Part shown: positions 7,001 to 16,390 of the stretch, one piece after another
Position numbering within the stretch: the first letter of the stretch is position 1
Layout: each line of letters begins with the position of its first letter
Source of the DNA: Candidatus Brocadiia bacterium
GTDB taxonomy: Bacteria; Planctomycetota; Brocadiia; SM23-32
Assembly: GCA_046538485.1 (NCBI GenBank)
Contig: JBKHIT010000075.1
Coordinates: forward strand, 1 to 20,553
Length of the DNA stretch: 20,553 nucleotides
Direction of reading: 5' to 3'
Notes under the pieces: model-generated
What the model saw: only the letters and a program-made list of their open reading frames with translations
The model's database searches: none
Told to the model about the DNA's origin: nothing
Program-made: the position numbers and the translations under genes

Positions 7001-10000
7001 TGGAAAACGTCTGACTGTGAACGGAAATCCCCTCTTTCTCAGCCGCCGATAGAGCCCAGAGGTTCATCGACGTAACCGCCCAATCGGTATGCCGCCCGGT
7101 CCGCTGCCAGCTCCAGCCCCCGTCACTTGCCTGCGAAACCACCAGAGAACTCACAAGTGAACGGACCCGTTCCTTGAGTCGCTCGATATCCACATCCGGG
7201 GCTTTGACTTTCTCGGCGTAGCGCAGAGCCGACACCGCCGCGAGCAGATCGCTACCGGCGAACCGCTGTCGGACCGGCGGAAGCGGCAGACAACAGCCTC
7301 TGCCGATGGGAATCGGGACGGGACTTTCCTGGAGGGCCATATCGATCACGGCCCGTTTCAGACTCGGGCCGACCGAGATGCTCATCCAGCGCGAACCGTA
7401 TTTTCGGTCGCCCGGCAGCGTGACTCTTGCCCGGGTCGAACCGCCTGTACTGCCTCCGTCCTGAGCCGCAAACTCAAGACCCCACGGTCGCACCGGCAGC
7501 ACGGTCTCAAGCGCATCGGATTTGTTGCCGGCCCGCGCGCTGACCCGAACTTTCAAAGCGGCCGCCAGAGGAACATCGACGCCCTGGAAAACAAATTCCG
7601 ATCCTCCCTGAGATCTGACCTCGGCCGAGCCTTTCCGTTCGGCAAGTTTTCCGTCCAGACCTTCGCCGCCGAAAATCGTGAGATTGAGATCAACTTTTCC
7701 CTCGTAGTCGCTCATGTTGTGGATCCGCGCGAGGAAACGCACGGTATCGCCTTCCTGCAACTGCTGAGGCGCCTTGAGCGAGACGAAGAAATCTTTCCGG
7801 GTCAGAACGTCGCCCGTCGCTTCTCCCACGAGCGTTTTCACCGTACATCCCCGGGCGGTGAGCCGCCAGCCTGTCGTTTTTTCTGGCATCTCCATTTCGA
7901 CGATCGCCTCCCCGTTCTTATCGGTCACAACCGATCCGAACCAGCGCCCGGCTTCGGGAAGCTCGCGGCGTGGTTGAGGAACCTTGCCCACATCTCCCTC
8001 GCCAGCACCACCTGTTCTGGCGCCCCATTGCGCTTCCCCATTCCTCGTTTCCCGCCGTCCGTTTCGGGCCACTTTTTCCTTCTCCGCTAATATCGCCTCA
8101 TCCGCAAGGATCCCTCCCTTCCCGGGGGCCGGCGCGGCCTCAGCTTCTTCAGTCGGCATTTCGCGCCCGGGTTTTTGTTTCCGCATCCTCTGAGTCAGCT
8201 CCGCCAGTTTCTTTTCTTCTTGCGCTTTGAATTCAAGCCGATCTGCTTCTTCCAGATAGGCTTTGATAACCTGTCGGGCGGTGCCGGTGTAGCGGAAACC
8301 ACAGCTGCTGGCCACACGGAACTCGGCGTGCCGACGGGCGTCTTTCTGGAAAAAATCAAGGATCGACGGCGTCCGGTCGGGATACTGCGCGAACAACGCC
8401 TCGTCCACCAGTGCCAGACTCATCTCGCCGACGACCGGGTTGCCGAGCTGGTCGGTGATTTTGACCCGCACTTTTCCGCTCGCCCCGGGCGCGTAGACAT
8501 CCTGCAGGGGCTGGACGCTGACTTTGAGTTCGCGCTCCACCTCGAACGGTTTCGCCGCCGTGCGCAGCTTGCGCTCGTCCATCACCGCGACGGCGACCCG
8601 GAAATTGGGAAAATGTTTGTGCTCGACGGCCAGCGCGAGGGGGTTGTAACCCTTTTGCAACGAAATGATTCTGTGGCCGAGAATCTCTTCACCTTCCCAG
8701 GTCAGCACAGCGAGTTTTGCCTCGACACGCGAGTGCAGACGAATGTCAGTCTTCTGGCCGACTTTCAGCGTATCGGTTTCCGCGAAGAAACGCAGCTTCG
8801 TGTCATCCTCCTTGTCGGATATGCGCAGCTCTCCTTCGGCCGTGATAACCTGATCGAAACGGTCCTCGCCCGTCGCCCGAATGATGTAGCGGCCGCCGCC
8901 GTTGAGCGTCAGCTGGACCGTCGCTTCACCGGTGCTGGGATCCGTTCGCACATCTTCTTCATGGACCGTAACTTCTTTCGCAGGCCGCGATGGCACACCG
9001 ATCCACGGCACCTGCGCGAGCACCGGGTCCGCTTTCGTGGTCTGCCGCTTCAGAACAAACAGATGGAGTTTTCGTCCTACCGGCTCATTATCGGGTGAAG
9101 TCGTTTTAAGCTTGACATCGAACGGTTCCCCGGAGATCACGAGGTCCCGGCTTGGCTGGACGCTGATACGGAAACCTTCCCTTGCGAGGAACGCGTGGTA
9201 GGAGGCCTGGACGTTTTCCCCTTCCAGGGACGCTTGAAAGTTGAGCGGTCGCCCGGGACGCAGCCCGCTGGTATCGTAGCGGACGGTTAACTCCCCTTCC
9301 CCGTCGGTTTTTTCGACGTACTGACGTCCGTCGGGCAGGTGGTAGCGGACGGGTTTGCCGCTCACCGGTTGTCCCCAGTAGTATTCTGCTTTCACTTTCA
9401 GTTCGATTTCTTCGCCGCGGAAATAGACGTCCCGCTCGCTTTCCATAACGAGACGCATCTTCTCCAATTTGAATTCCTGGACCTGAAAATGGCCGCTGAA
9501 AGTTTGTGATTCACCTTTCTTCCGTCGAGCGGTGATTGTGTAACGTCCGACTGCGGCCCGGTCATCAAGCGGCACTTCCGCGAGGAACGTGCCAAATTTC
9601 GAAAGATCAGTCGGTTTTTCCCAGAGCAGACGGCCTTTGGAATCTTTCACGTTGATGATGTACGTCTCGCCTTCCGGCACCGCATAGGAACCTTCCTGGA
9701 CATTCCGGATTATCCCACGGACCTTCACGGTCTGGCCGGGTTTGTACGCCGGGCGGTCAGTGTAGATGTACCCCTTAGGCGAAAGCCCCCGACTCAACCC
9801 GAGGCCCTTGAGATTGAGTGCATTCGAGGCCACGTGACCGTTTTTCACCGCAAAAGCCCGGAGATCAGACGCATTCTCCAGTTCTTTGAACTGCGACAAA
9901 AACACGCCATCGTCTCCGGTCTCGCCCGTGGCGAAGACTTTTTCGCCGTTGCTCAGGAGGACGCGGACCCCGGGCGCTCCTTTCTCTTGAAGGCGATTTT

Positions 10001-12101
10001 CGGCGAAAACCAAGGCCTGACGCCGGGATGATTTGACGATGATGTCGATGTCGCTTCGGATCACCAGTGTGGTGGCGGTCAGATCTTCATCGCTGACCTT
10101 CACAATGCAGACTCCCGGCTGATTTTGCTGGAATGGAATCTCAAGTTCCTGCTCAAGCGGTTTGTAATCCGCGTAGCCTTCGATCTTCGCTTCCCACGTT
10201 TTGTCCGGCTGGATGAGATCGATGTCGAGCTGTTCGATATTGCGCACCGAATGGCTTTTCCGGAAATACGCTTCGAGATCCAGACTGTATTGACGGACGG
10301 TCAGTTTTTCGATGTTCCGTGTGCTGAGTTTCACGCGAGCCGTCTCGTTGGTGTGGAATTTTCGTTCGGTGACCACATGAAGTCTTTTTTGGGTCATCAT
10401 CGCCACGCGCGATCTGGCTTTCGAACTCCAGGAGCCCCATTTCAGGCGCCGGTACGATTCCAGGGCTTTTTCCAGTTCTCCGAGTTTCTCCTCGTAGGTC
10501 AAACCGATCTTGTAGAGAGCCAGTGAGGATTCCTGCGTTCTGGGATATTTCGTGACAAGCTTCCGCCAGCGCTCAATAGCTCTGCGGTAGGCCTTCTCGG
10601 TGGCCTCGCGCTTCCCTTCGTTTTTTTCCAATTTTTCCGCGCGGCTGAATTCGATCTGGCCCAGGGTGAAAAGTATCTGCCGGGCCCGATTATCGAGGGG
10701 GTGTTTTTTGAGGAATGCCTCAAAAAGCCTCTCGGCTCCGCGGTAATTTTTCTCCGCGACGGCATCGACGGCGACCTGAAACTCGCCGTTGATAATCCCG
10801 CGCTGACATGCCGACCAGTGGGGACCGTTCGGATACTGGGCAACGTATCGTTCCCAGGCTTCCCGGGCTTCATCGTATTTCTTCTGGCCGAATCGGATCT
10901 GCCCGATCCGGTAGAGAGCATATTTCTGCCACTCATCCGCGAGTTCGGCCGGAGATTTCCCAAACTTCTCAAGCTTGTCCGTCGCAGCATCGCCCCCGGG
11001 CAAAGCGTATCGATCTCCGTCCCGGAAATTATGGTACGCTTTGATCGCCTGATCCGCACGGCCGCGGTTATCGTACGTTCTTGCGATCCAGTAAGCTGCT
11101 ACGACTGCGCGCGGATCGCGCGGGTGGCGTGCAAGAAACTCCCGGGCTTTCTTGACAGCTTTTTCCAGCTCGGATTGGGCCACATTGGGAAGACGGTAAG
11201 CACGGACCAGAAGCCATCGGGTATCGGCCCTGAGATCCCTGATCCCTTCATGCCTCTCGGCTTTTCTTGAACGCGGGAGAAGGTCTTCCAGATTCACCCG
11301 TGCCGAACGCATATCGCCCGAATTAAGCTGTGCCTCCGCGAGGTGATAGCGCGCCTCGAGCACATGCTGGCCCCTGACAACAGGTTTTTCCCGTTTCCGG
11401 CCGCTCATCCGCTCCAGTGATCCCACACGCCCGGTCCAGTCCGGGTCAAATTCTTTGAGGTACTGCCTGAAATCGCTAATGGCCCGGTGGTGATTCCCCG
11501 CCAGCTGGATGGTTCTGGCCTTCTTGTAGAGCAATTTATCCCGCAGATCGCGGCCGATCTCCAGTTCGAGAGCTTTTTTGTAGAGGTTATAAGCCTTGCC
11601 ATAATTCGGCGGAGGGGCCCCGATATCATCAGGATCCGGTTTGCGGCTCAGTGCGTCGGCAAACCCGACGAGAACGCTGGCGATATCCTGTTTGCGGCTT
11701 TCCGAAAGCAGACGGTTGGCTTCTTCCTCGTAGATGCGTTCGGCTTCCTTAAACTTTCTCTGTTCGGTGAGGGCTTTTGCTTTGAGAAAACGCGCTTTGC
11801 GGAACCAGTTATTCTCCGCCATTGCAATGGCGTTCAACAGCCGGTCGCAATCCTGGATAGCCGCGTCGTAATCTTTTTTGTAGAAATTTGCCAGTGCCCG
11901 CAGATACAGCGCATCATCGGTGTTCTCACCCGGTTTTTTAAGGGCCTCATCGAGCGCTTTTATGGCCTTTCCATACTCCCGCGCTCGCATGCTGGAACGC
12001 GCACGGGGCATGATATCGTCCGCACCCGCTTTGACGTTTCCGAGGCATATCGCCCATGCAAAAATCAGACTCACCAGCAGCCAGGTTGTGCGTCGATGCA
12101 T
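4092..12101 (-). CDS. Giant secreted TPR-repeat + alpha-2-macroglobulin-like (MG2/A2M) protein, about 2,669 aa
   Basis: ATG at 12101 with RBS GAGGAA and signal peptide MHRRTTWLLVSLIFAWAICLGNVKA. N-terminal TPR arrays, then A2M motifs YIYTDRPAYKPGQTV (MG2), YAPG...LALVDEALF, RRELPEAGRW...VTDKNGEA...PEKTTGWRLTA, QASDGGWSW (TED-like) and VVEENLPSG. A second TPR array and MG-like module follow at the C-terminus. The ORF track start at 12170 is probably too far upstream. Confidence 0.88.
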   Translation of the reverse strand: MHRRTTWLLVSLIFAWAICLGNVKAGADDIMPRARSSMRAREYGKAIKALDEALKKPGENTDDALYLRALANFYKKDYDAAIQDCDRLLNAIAMAENNWFRKARFLKAKALTEQRKFKEAERIYEEEANRLLSESRKQDIASVLVGFADALSRKPDPDDIGAPPPNYGKAYNLYKKALELEIGRDLRDKLLYKKARTIQLAGNHHRAISDFRQYLKEFDPDWTGRVGSLERMSGRKREKPVVRGQHVLEARYHLAEAQLNSGDMRSARVNLEDLLPRSRKAERHEGIRDLRADTRWLLVRAYRLPNVAQSELEKAVKKAREFLARHPRDPRAVVAAYWIARTYDNRGRADQAIKAYHNFRDGDRYALPGGDAATDKLEKFGKSPAELADEWQKYALYRIGQIRFGQKKYDEAREAWERYVAQYPNGPHWSACQRGIINGEFQVAVDAVAEKNYRGAERLFEAFLKKHPLDNRARQILFTLGQIEFSRAEKLEKNEGKREATEKAYRRAIERWRKLVTKYPRTQESSLALYKIGLTYEEKLGELEKALESYRRLKWGSWSSKARSRVAMMTQKRLHVVTERKFHTNETARVKLSTRNIEKLTVRQYSLDLEAYFRKSHSVRNIEQLDIDLIQPDKTWEAKIEGYADYKPLEQELEIPFQQNQPGVCIVKVSDEDLTATTLVIRSDIDIIVKSSRRQALVFAENRLQEKGAPGVRVLLSNGEKVFATGETGDDGVFLSQFKELENASDLRAFAVKNGHVASNALNLKGLGLSRGLSPKGYIYTDRPAYKPGQTVKVRGIIRNVQEGSYAVPEGETYIINVKDSKGRLLWEKPTDLSKFGTFLAEVPLDDRAAVGRYTITARRKKGESQTFSGHFQVQEFKLEKMRLVMESERDVYFRGEEIELKVKAEYYWGQPVSGKPVRYHLPDGRQYVEKTDGEGELTVRYDTSGLRPGRPLNFQASLEGENVQASYHAFLAREGFRISVQPSRDLVISGEPFDVKLKTTSPDNEPVGRKLHLFVLKRQTTKADPVLAQVPWIGVPSRPAKEVTVHEEDVRTDPSTGEATVQLTLNGGGRYIIRATGEDRFDQVITAEGELRISDKEDDTKLRFFAETDTLKVGQKTDIRLHSRVEAKLAVLTWEGEEILGHRIISLQKGYNPLALAVEHKHFPNFRVAVAVMDERKLRTAAKPFEVERELKVSVQPLQDVYAPGASGKVRVKITDQLGNPVVGEMSLALVDEALFAQYPDRTPSILDFFQKDARRHAEFRVASSCGFRYTGTARQVIKAYLEEADRLEFKAQEEKKLAELTQRMRKQKPGREMPTEEAEAAPAPGKGGILADEAILAEKEKVARNGRRETRNGEAQWGARTGGAGEGDVGKVPQPRRELPEAGRWFGSVVTDKNGEAIVEMEMPEKTTGWRLTARGCTVKTLVGEATGDVLTRKDFFVSLKAPQQLQEGDTVRFLARIHNMSDYEGKVDLNLTIFGGEGLDGKLAERKGSAEVRSQGGSEFVFQGVDVPLAAALKVRVSARAGNKSDALETVLPVRPWGLEFAAQDGGSTGGSTRARVTLPGDRKYGSRWMSISVGPSLKRAVIDMALQESPVPIPIGRGCCLPLPPVRQRFAGSDLLAAVSALRYAEKVKAPDVDIERLKERVRSLVSSLVVSQASDGGWSWQRTGRHTDWAVTSMNLWALSAAEKEGISVHSQTFSNAVKYLQNRFRSVSATDNDAKAVIVHALSTRGKAEFAHANRLHRERNSLSNPALAYTALLFVNLDRNEFASEMLNVLLKKAKKETKPREMLHWEGSGSYAWLNDEVETTAIAALALMRVRPESPEVKKAADYLMRRRGTYGFVPAKAHGPAVTALAAYFGEAQFAEADYRLSVEVNGKKLEVLQSKKTDGMVHLAVPREMLNEGENKVDFQMEGRGEYAYSVTLRGFSKNVKDPHSWNRPYVRHRYYRHARLQYRGRPIGASSSSPVRNIEVGQRVKVHIDIYDYHNNKNYFVVEENLPSGLMLVRDSVSGNFIHHEIHAGKIVMYYRPRNYVRDFSYELVGYSAGRYRVLPTVITDALHPGRMRVGKSTELRVLAPGEKSDDPYKMNRSERYALAKLYFDDGLYDEALPHLRNIFEYNMKHRGSYHEKEVARMLFWIFTSEGFYDAQQIVDTFEVLREKYPRLEIPFDKILVAGRAYRDIGEFERAYLIFKATIQASFVKDSNISAVLEDQGQFMGSVRYQKRLWREYPDSPQVVSSYFALAQALYEKAPKADQLAKQARQMADRRGEDGEEPEELDKLSMMEQSVDLLFDFISLYPQNPLADDAAFSISNALLDLKQYETVVELSERFNERYEDSELASGFQYMNALGHFWQHKYKKALAGAKVVARGKSKDRDFARYIVGQIYHALGNASDAIEWYRKVAGQYPDAKQAIEYFERKNVSIDEVNIFRPGEDVRLKLDYRNVKEAFCQVYRVDLMKLYLREKNLANITRINLAGIEPLVEKTIELGDGKDYADRERELDLAIKEEGAYLMICRGDNLFTSGMILVTPMKIEVQEDATSGRVRTNVRDMVEEKYVPEVHVKAIGSANKKFRSGETDLRGVFVADNVRGKATVIAREGELRYAFYRGEKWLGARQEERRPRKPVEKQQKSPDYSENLRAQQQAIQSKNVQKFDQMRRGKSEGVEVQKAF

Positions 12102-12579
12102 AATTCGTTCCTCGCCATCAGAGAAAAACTTCAGATGTATCTTCACGTGCGTAACGTTTGCAGATCTCACGATTCAAATGATTGCAGCTTTCGATCGGTT
12201 CAACGACACAGCCCTCCACGTGCCACTGACCACTGAGACGCATGTAATGTCGATTTGTTCCGCGGAATATGATTTTTTGCTTTCTTCCGGGTTTGCGGCG
12301 GCAGTGCTTCAAGATAGTTTCCCAGCGGTCTGCGATAAATCTTTTCAGGTCTGGTCGTTTGCGCCACCACCGATCCTGTGCCGATGGAGCGAATGCTCGG
12401 TTATTGCTAAAACGCCGCGTCGGACGAGATCAAAGCTACCTTTGTGCAATGGCTTTTGCAAATGGCCCGGCCGCCGAAAACCAGTGCGTGGCGAAAAGAC
12501 TCACAGGTCGAAAAATCCGAAACCACACTCAAGAGGCTTTTGAGGCTTGTTTAGGCGCTTCGCGAGCCGCCGTCATTTG

Positions 12580-12622
12580 TTACAAACCTTTTACACACAA
12601 GGAGCCCACGGGCCGGTAGAAT
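12580..12622 (+). promoter_or_regulatory. Putative OmpR-family direct-repeat box plus -10 element upstream of the VIT-vWA gene
   Basis: TTACA (12580-12584)-N6-TTACA (12591-12595), an 11-bp period. TAGAAT at 12617-12622 and RBS GGAGG before the ATG at 12659. Confidence 0.35.
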
Positions 12623-12658
12623 GTCCTGTAGACGATTCAAATAACTCTGGAGGAAACA

Positions 12659-14920
12659 ATGCAGACTGAACGCTCATACATCACAGTGTTGTGCCTGCTG
12701 GCCATCGGGCTGCTGGCATCCGCGGCTTCAGGGGCGACGCGTCACTCCCTGCCCGTTTCAGCTCGAAACGTTATTGTTCCCCAGGCCGGCGGGTTTGCGC
12801 TCGACCGACGGGGCCGAACAGTCGACGTCACGGCCGTGCGCGTGGGGGCAGTCATCACCGAGACCACCGCCCGCACCACGATGGACATTCGCCTGTGGAA
12901 TCCAACGGGATCCCGCCAGGAAGCGCAGCTCGTGGTCCCGATCCCGCGGGGAGCCGTGGTGCGAGGGTTTGCCTAAGAAGGTTCAACCGAAGAACCGACC
13001 GCCAAAGTCCTTCCGAAAAAAGAAGCCACCAGTGCCTACCGCTCAATCGTTGCCAGGCTGCGGGACCCCGCACTCCTGGAATTCATCGGATGCAACCTGG
13101 TACGATCCAGCGTCTTCCCGGTCCCAGCGCGCGGCAAACAGAAGGTCCGCCTCACCTACGAACATATTCTGTCCACCTCCGGCAACCGGGTGGACTACAT
13201 CGTTCCGCGAACCGAATCGCTTGAATACGCGGTGCCATGGAAAGTCTCCGCACGCATCAGCTCGAAACGTCCTATATCGACGGTCTATTCGCCCAGCCAT
13301 GAACTGAAAATTACCCGAAAAGACGAAAAGCAGGTGCGCGTTCAGATAACGGACAAAGCCACGCGCGAACCCGGCCCGTTCCGGCTTTCGTTCCTCCGGG
13401 GTGGGAAGGACGTGGCCGCGACGCTGTTTGCCTACCCGGATCCGAGCATCGGCGGCGGGTATTTTTTACTGCTCGCGGGACTCCCGCCAGATCTAACGGA
13501 AAGGGCAAAAAAACCTGCTCTCAAACGAGAAGTCACGCTTGTCCTTGACCGTTCGGGCAGCATGCGCGGCGGGAAAATCCGTCAGGTCCGTGAAGCCGCC
13601 CTCCAGATCATCGGCGGGCTCCACGAAGGAGAAGCCTTCAATATCATACTCTACAACCAAGCCCCGGACCTCTTCGCGGAACTGGCCGTCGTCAAAAATG
13701 AAGAAAACGCCCGGCTGGCCGAACGATACCTCAAAAGCGTCAACGTCCTCGGCGGAACCAACATTCATGACGCCCTGTTGGAAGCTTTAAGACAGAAACC
13801 GCGGGAGAACATGTTGCCGCTGGTGCTTTTTCTGACAGATGGCATCCCCACGGTTGGAAAAACCTCCGAGATTCCCATCCGGGACCTTGCGTCCGCAGCC
13901 AATCCGCATGAAAAGCGTGTCTTCACCATCGGGGTAGGCGGCGATGTCAACGCCCCGCTGCTGCGCAACCTCGCCGAAGAAACCAGAGCCACCTCAACGT
14001 TCGTTCTCCCAAAGGAAGACGTCGAAGTCAAAGTGGCGAACGTCTTCCAACAACTCAAAGGACCGGTCCTTTCCGACCCCGAATTGAAGGTCTGCGACAC
14101 AAATGGCAGGGCGGTTCCCGGACGGGTTAAGGACGTTCTCCCGCAGAAGTTGCCCGATCTGTTCGAAGGCGATCAACTCACGGTGCTCGGAAAGTACATC
14201 GGTGAAGAGAACCTTCAGTTCCAGCTCACGGGCAACTATTTCGGCGAACGGAAGACGTTCCGGCTCGGGTTCGACCTCTCCAGCAGCAGCACCAAAAACG
14301 GTTTCGTCTCCCGTCTGTGGGCGAGTCGAAAAATTGGTTTCCTCGTCGACGCGGTTCGCAGGAAAGGCGCCGACACCTCCCCGCACAACGCCTCATCGCC
14401 CACGAATCCCGAAATCAAAGAACTTGTCGAAGAAATCACCCGCCTGAGCACTGAGTTTGGGATCCTGACGGAGTACACAGCCTTTTTGGCGCGGGAGGGC
14501 ACCGACCTGTCGGTCAACGACGAGATACTGGCCCGCGCGGAGCGCAACTTTCAACAGCGGGCCGTGAGACAAAGGGTCGGCTGGGGCGCTGTCAACCAGA
14601 GCGTAAATATCGCACGACAAAAACAACAACTGACCCTGAACCGGCGGAACGAATATTTTGATCAGAACCTCAACCGGATCGAGATCAGCACCGTCCAGCA
14701 GGTCAACGATCTGACCTTCTATCGTCGCGGCAACCGCTGGATCGATAGCAACATCGCCGACAAGAAAAGCCCGCAACCCGACCGGGTCATATCGTTCGAC
14801 TCCCCCGAGTTCTACGCCCTCGCCGAGAAACTCGCCAGCCAGGACCGCCAGGGAAGCATCTCGCTGCAGGGCGAAATCGTAATGGAAATCGACGGAAAGA
14901 CTGTGCTGGTCAAGAATTGA
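12659..14920 (+). pseudogene. VIT + vWA domain protein (inter-alpha-trypsin inhibitor heavy-chain-like), interrupted by one in-frame TAA at 12974-12976
   Basis: ORFs 12659-12976 and 13190-14920 share a frame. Reading through the TAA gives GFA*EGSTEEPTAKVLPKKEATSAYRSIVARLRDPALLEF...SVFPVP...VRLTYE, a continuous VIT domain. Signal peptide at the N-terminus; vWA MIDAS DRSGSM, GGTNIHDAL and FLTDG. 754 codons in total. Confidence 0.85.
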
Positions 14921-14942
14921 CAATTAGAGTGCCCGCTTAATA

Positions 14943-15018
14943 GAAGCGGCGCTATCGGGCCCACACTCCAGATACCAGCCCGATGCGCTGGTATCAGTAA
15001 GCCCGGAAACACCGCTTC
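14943..15018. repeat. Extended imperfect hairpin downstream of the VIT-vWA gene
   Basis: Nested complementary segments GAAGCGG/CCGCTTC, CGGGC/GCCCG and GATACCAGC/GCTGGTATC. Confidence 0.45.
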
Positions 15019-15022
15019 ATAG

Positions 15023-15125
15023 GTCATGGCGAGCCCATCGCGAGATGGGCAGCAATCTCGTCGTTTTTTCAGCCCAACAGCGAGATTGCCGCGGCGTCCC
15101 GCTGCGCGGAACGCCTCGCAATGAC
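15023..15125. repeat. Palindromic intergenic repeat of the GTCATTGCGAG...GCAATCTC / GAGATTGC...CTCGCAATGAC type
   Basis: GTCATGGCGAG...GCAATCTCG pairs with CGAGATTGC...CTCGCAATGAC. A related half copy lies at 17925-17965. Confidence 0.65.
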
Positions 15126-15250
15126 ATTGTGAGCGTGGACGGCTGCGGTCCGGAGAACTGACGGAACATTTTCGGGCAAAAGACCGACTAAATCATCTGA
15201 AGCAGCGAATCGATGGCAGACACAACTCATTCTCAAGAAGGAGGTTGACG

Positions 15251-16384
15251 ATGAAACGGACAATTGGGAGTTTACTGGTATGCGCAATTCTCGCCCTCAG
15301 CTGTCTCGCACAGACCGCCCGAGCGGAAGAGAAGAAAGAAACGGCAGAAAAACCCCTTATCCAGATGGCGATTCTGCTGGATACGAGCGGCAGCATGTCC
15401 GGGCTGATTAACCAGGCCAGGACCGAGCTCTGGAAAGTGGTTAATGAGTTTGCCACCACGAAGAAAAACGGCCAGATCCCGCGTCTTGAGGTGGCGCTCT
15501 ACGAGTACGGCCATAGCCCGCTCGGGGGAAATCAGATGCGCAAAATCGTTCCCCTCAGCACCGACCTCGACAATGTCTCCGAAAAACTGGTCGCCCTTAC
15601 CACCAGCGGCGGAAGCGAATACTGCGGTATGGTCATCAAAAAAGCCACCGACGAGCTGAAATGGAGCCAATCCAACGACGACCTCAAAGTTGTTTTCATC
15701 GCCGGGAACGAACCGTTTACCCAGGGTCCGGTCGATTACAAGGAAGCGTGCAAGGCCGCCATCTCAAAAGGTATTATCGTCAATACAATCCACTGCGGTT
15801 CCGAAAAGGCAGGGATCTCAGGAAAGTGGGAAGACGGGGCCGTGCTGGCCGACGGTTCCTACATGTGCATCAACCAGAACCGCAAAGTGGCCCACATCAA
15901 AGCCCCGCAGGACAAGAAAATCGCTAAACTGGGTGACAAACTCAATGACACTTACATCCCGTACGGAGCTAAAGGGAAACTCGCGGCCGAAAGGCAGCGC
16001 AAGCAGGACGCCAACGCCAAAAAAGCCGCTCCTGCCGCCAATGTTCAGCGGATGGTCACCAAAGCCAACGCGCAATACGTAAACACCTCCTGGGATCTTG
16101 TCGATGCGCTCAGAAACGACAAAATAAAACTGGAGGAGATCGATGAAAAATCTCTCCCCGAAAAAATGCAGAAGATGACGCTCAAAGAACGGAAAGCCCA
16201 CATCGAAGAGAATACCCGGCGGCGAGCCGAAATCCAGAAAAAGATCAACGAACTCAACGCCGCGCGAAAAAAATATGTCGCCGAAAAACGCAAAGAAATG
16301 GGCAAATCCGGCGACGATACCCTCGGCGAAGCAATGAGCTCCGCCCTGCAAGAACAGGCCGCCAAGAAAGGCTTCAAAAATTGA
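15251..16384 (+). CDS. Secreted von Willebrand factor type A (vWA) domain protein with a Lys/Glu-rich helical C-terminus
   Basis: RBS AAGGAGG before the ATG at 15251; signal peptide MKRTIGSLLVCAILALSCLAQTARA; MIDAS LLDTSGSM, GGSEYCG, FIAGNEPF and VNTIHCG. Confidence 0.88.
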   Translation: MKRTIGSLLVCAILALSCLAQTARAEEKKETAEKPLIQMAILLDTSGSMSGLINQARTELWKVVNEFATTKKNGQIPRLEVALYEYGHSPLGGNQMRKIVPLSTDLDNVSEKLVALTTSGGSEYCGMVIKKATDELKWSQSNDDLKVVFIAGNEPFTQGPVDYKEACKAAISKGIIVNTIHCGSEKAGISGKWEDGAVLADGSYMCINQNRKVAHIKAPQDKKIAKLGDKLNDTYIPYGAKGKLAAERQRKQDANAKKAAPAANVQRMVTKANAQYVNTSWDLVDALRNDKIKLEEIDEKSLPEKMQKMTLKERKAHIEENTRRRAEIQKKINELNAARKKYVAEKRKEMGKSGDDTLGEAMSSALQEQAAKKGFKN

Positions 16385-16390
16385 CCGATA

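Noticed and set aside
4035..12236. Long plus-strand ORFs (4035-5261, 5721-7052, 8175-9098, 11487-12236)
   Set aside because: Antisense shadows of the A2M-like gene with no domain motifs.
12974..12976. Selenocysteine/pyrrolysine or alternative genetic code read-through
   Set aside because: The codon is TAA, not TGA or TAG, and TAA terminates the DUF1080 gene normally.
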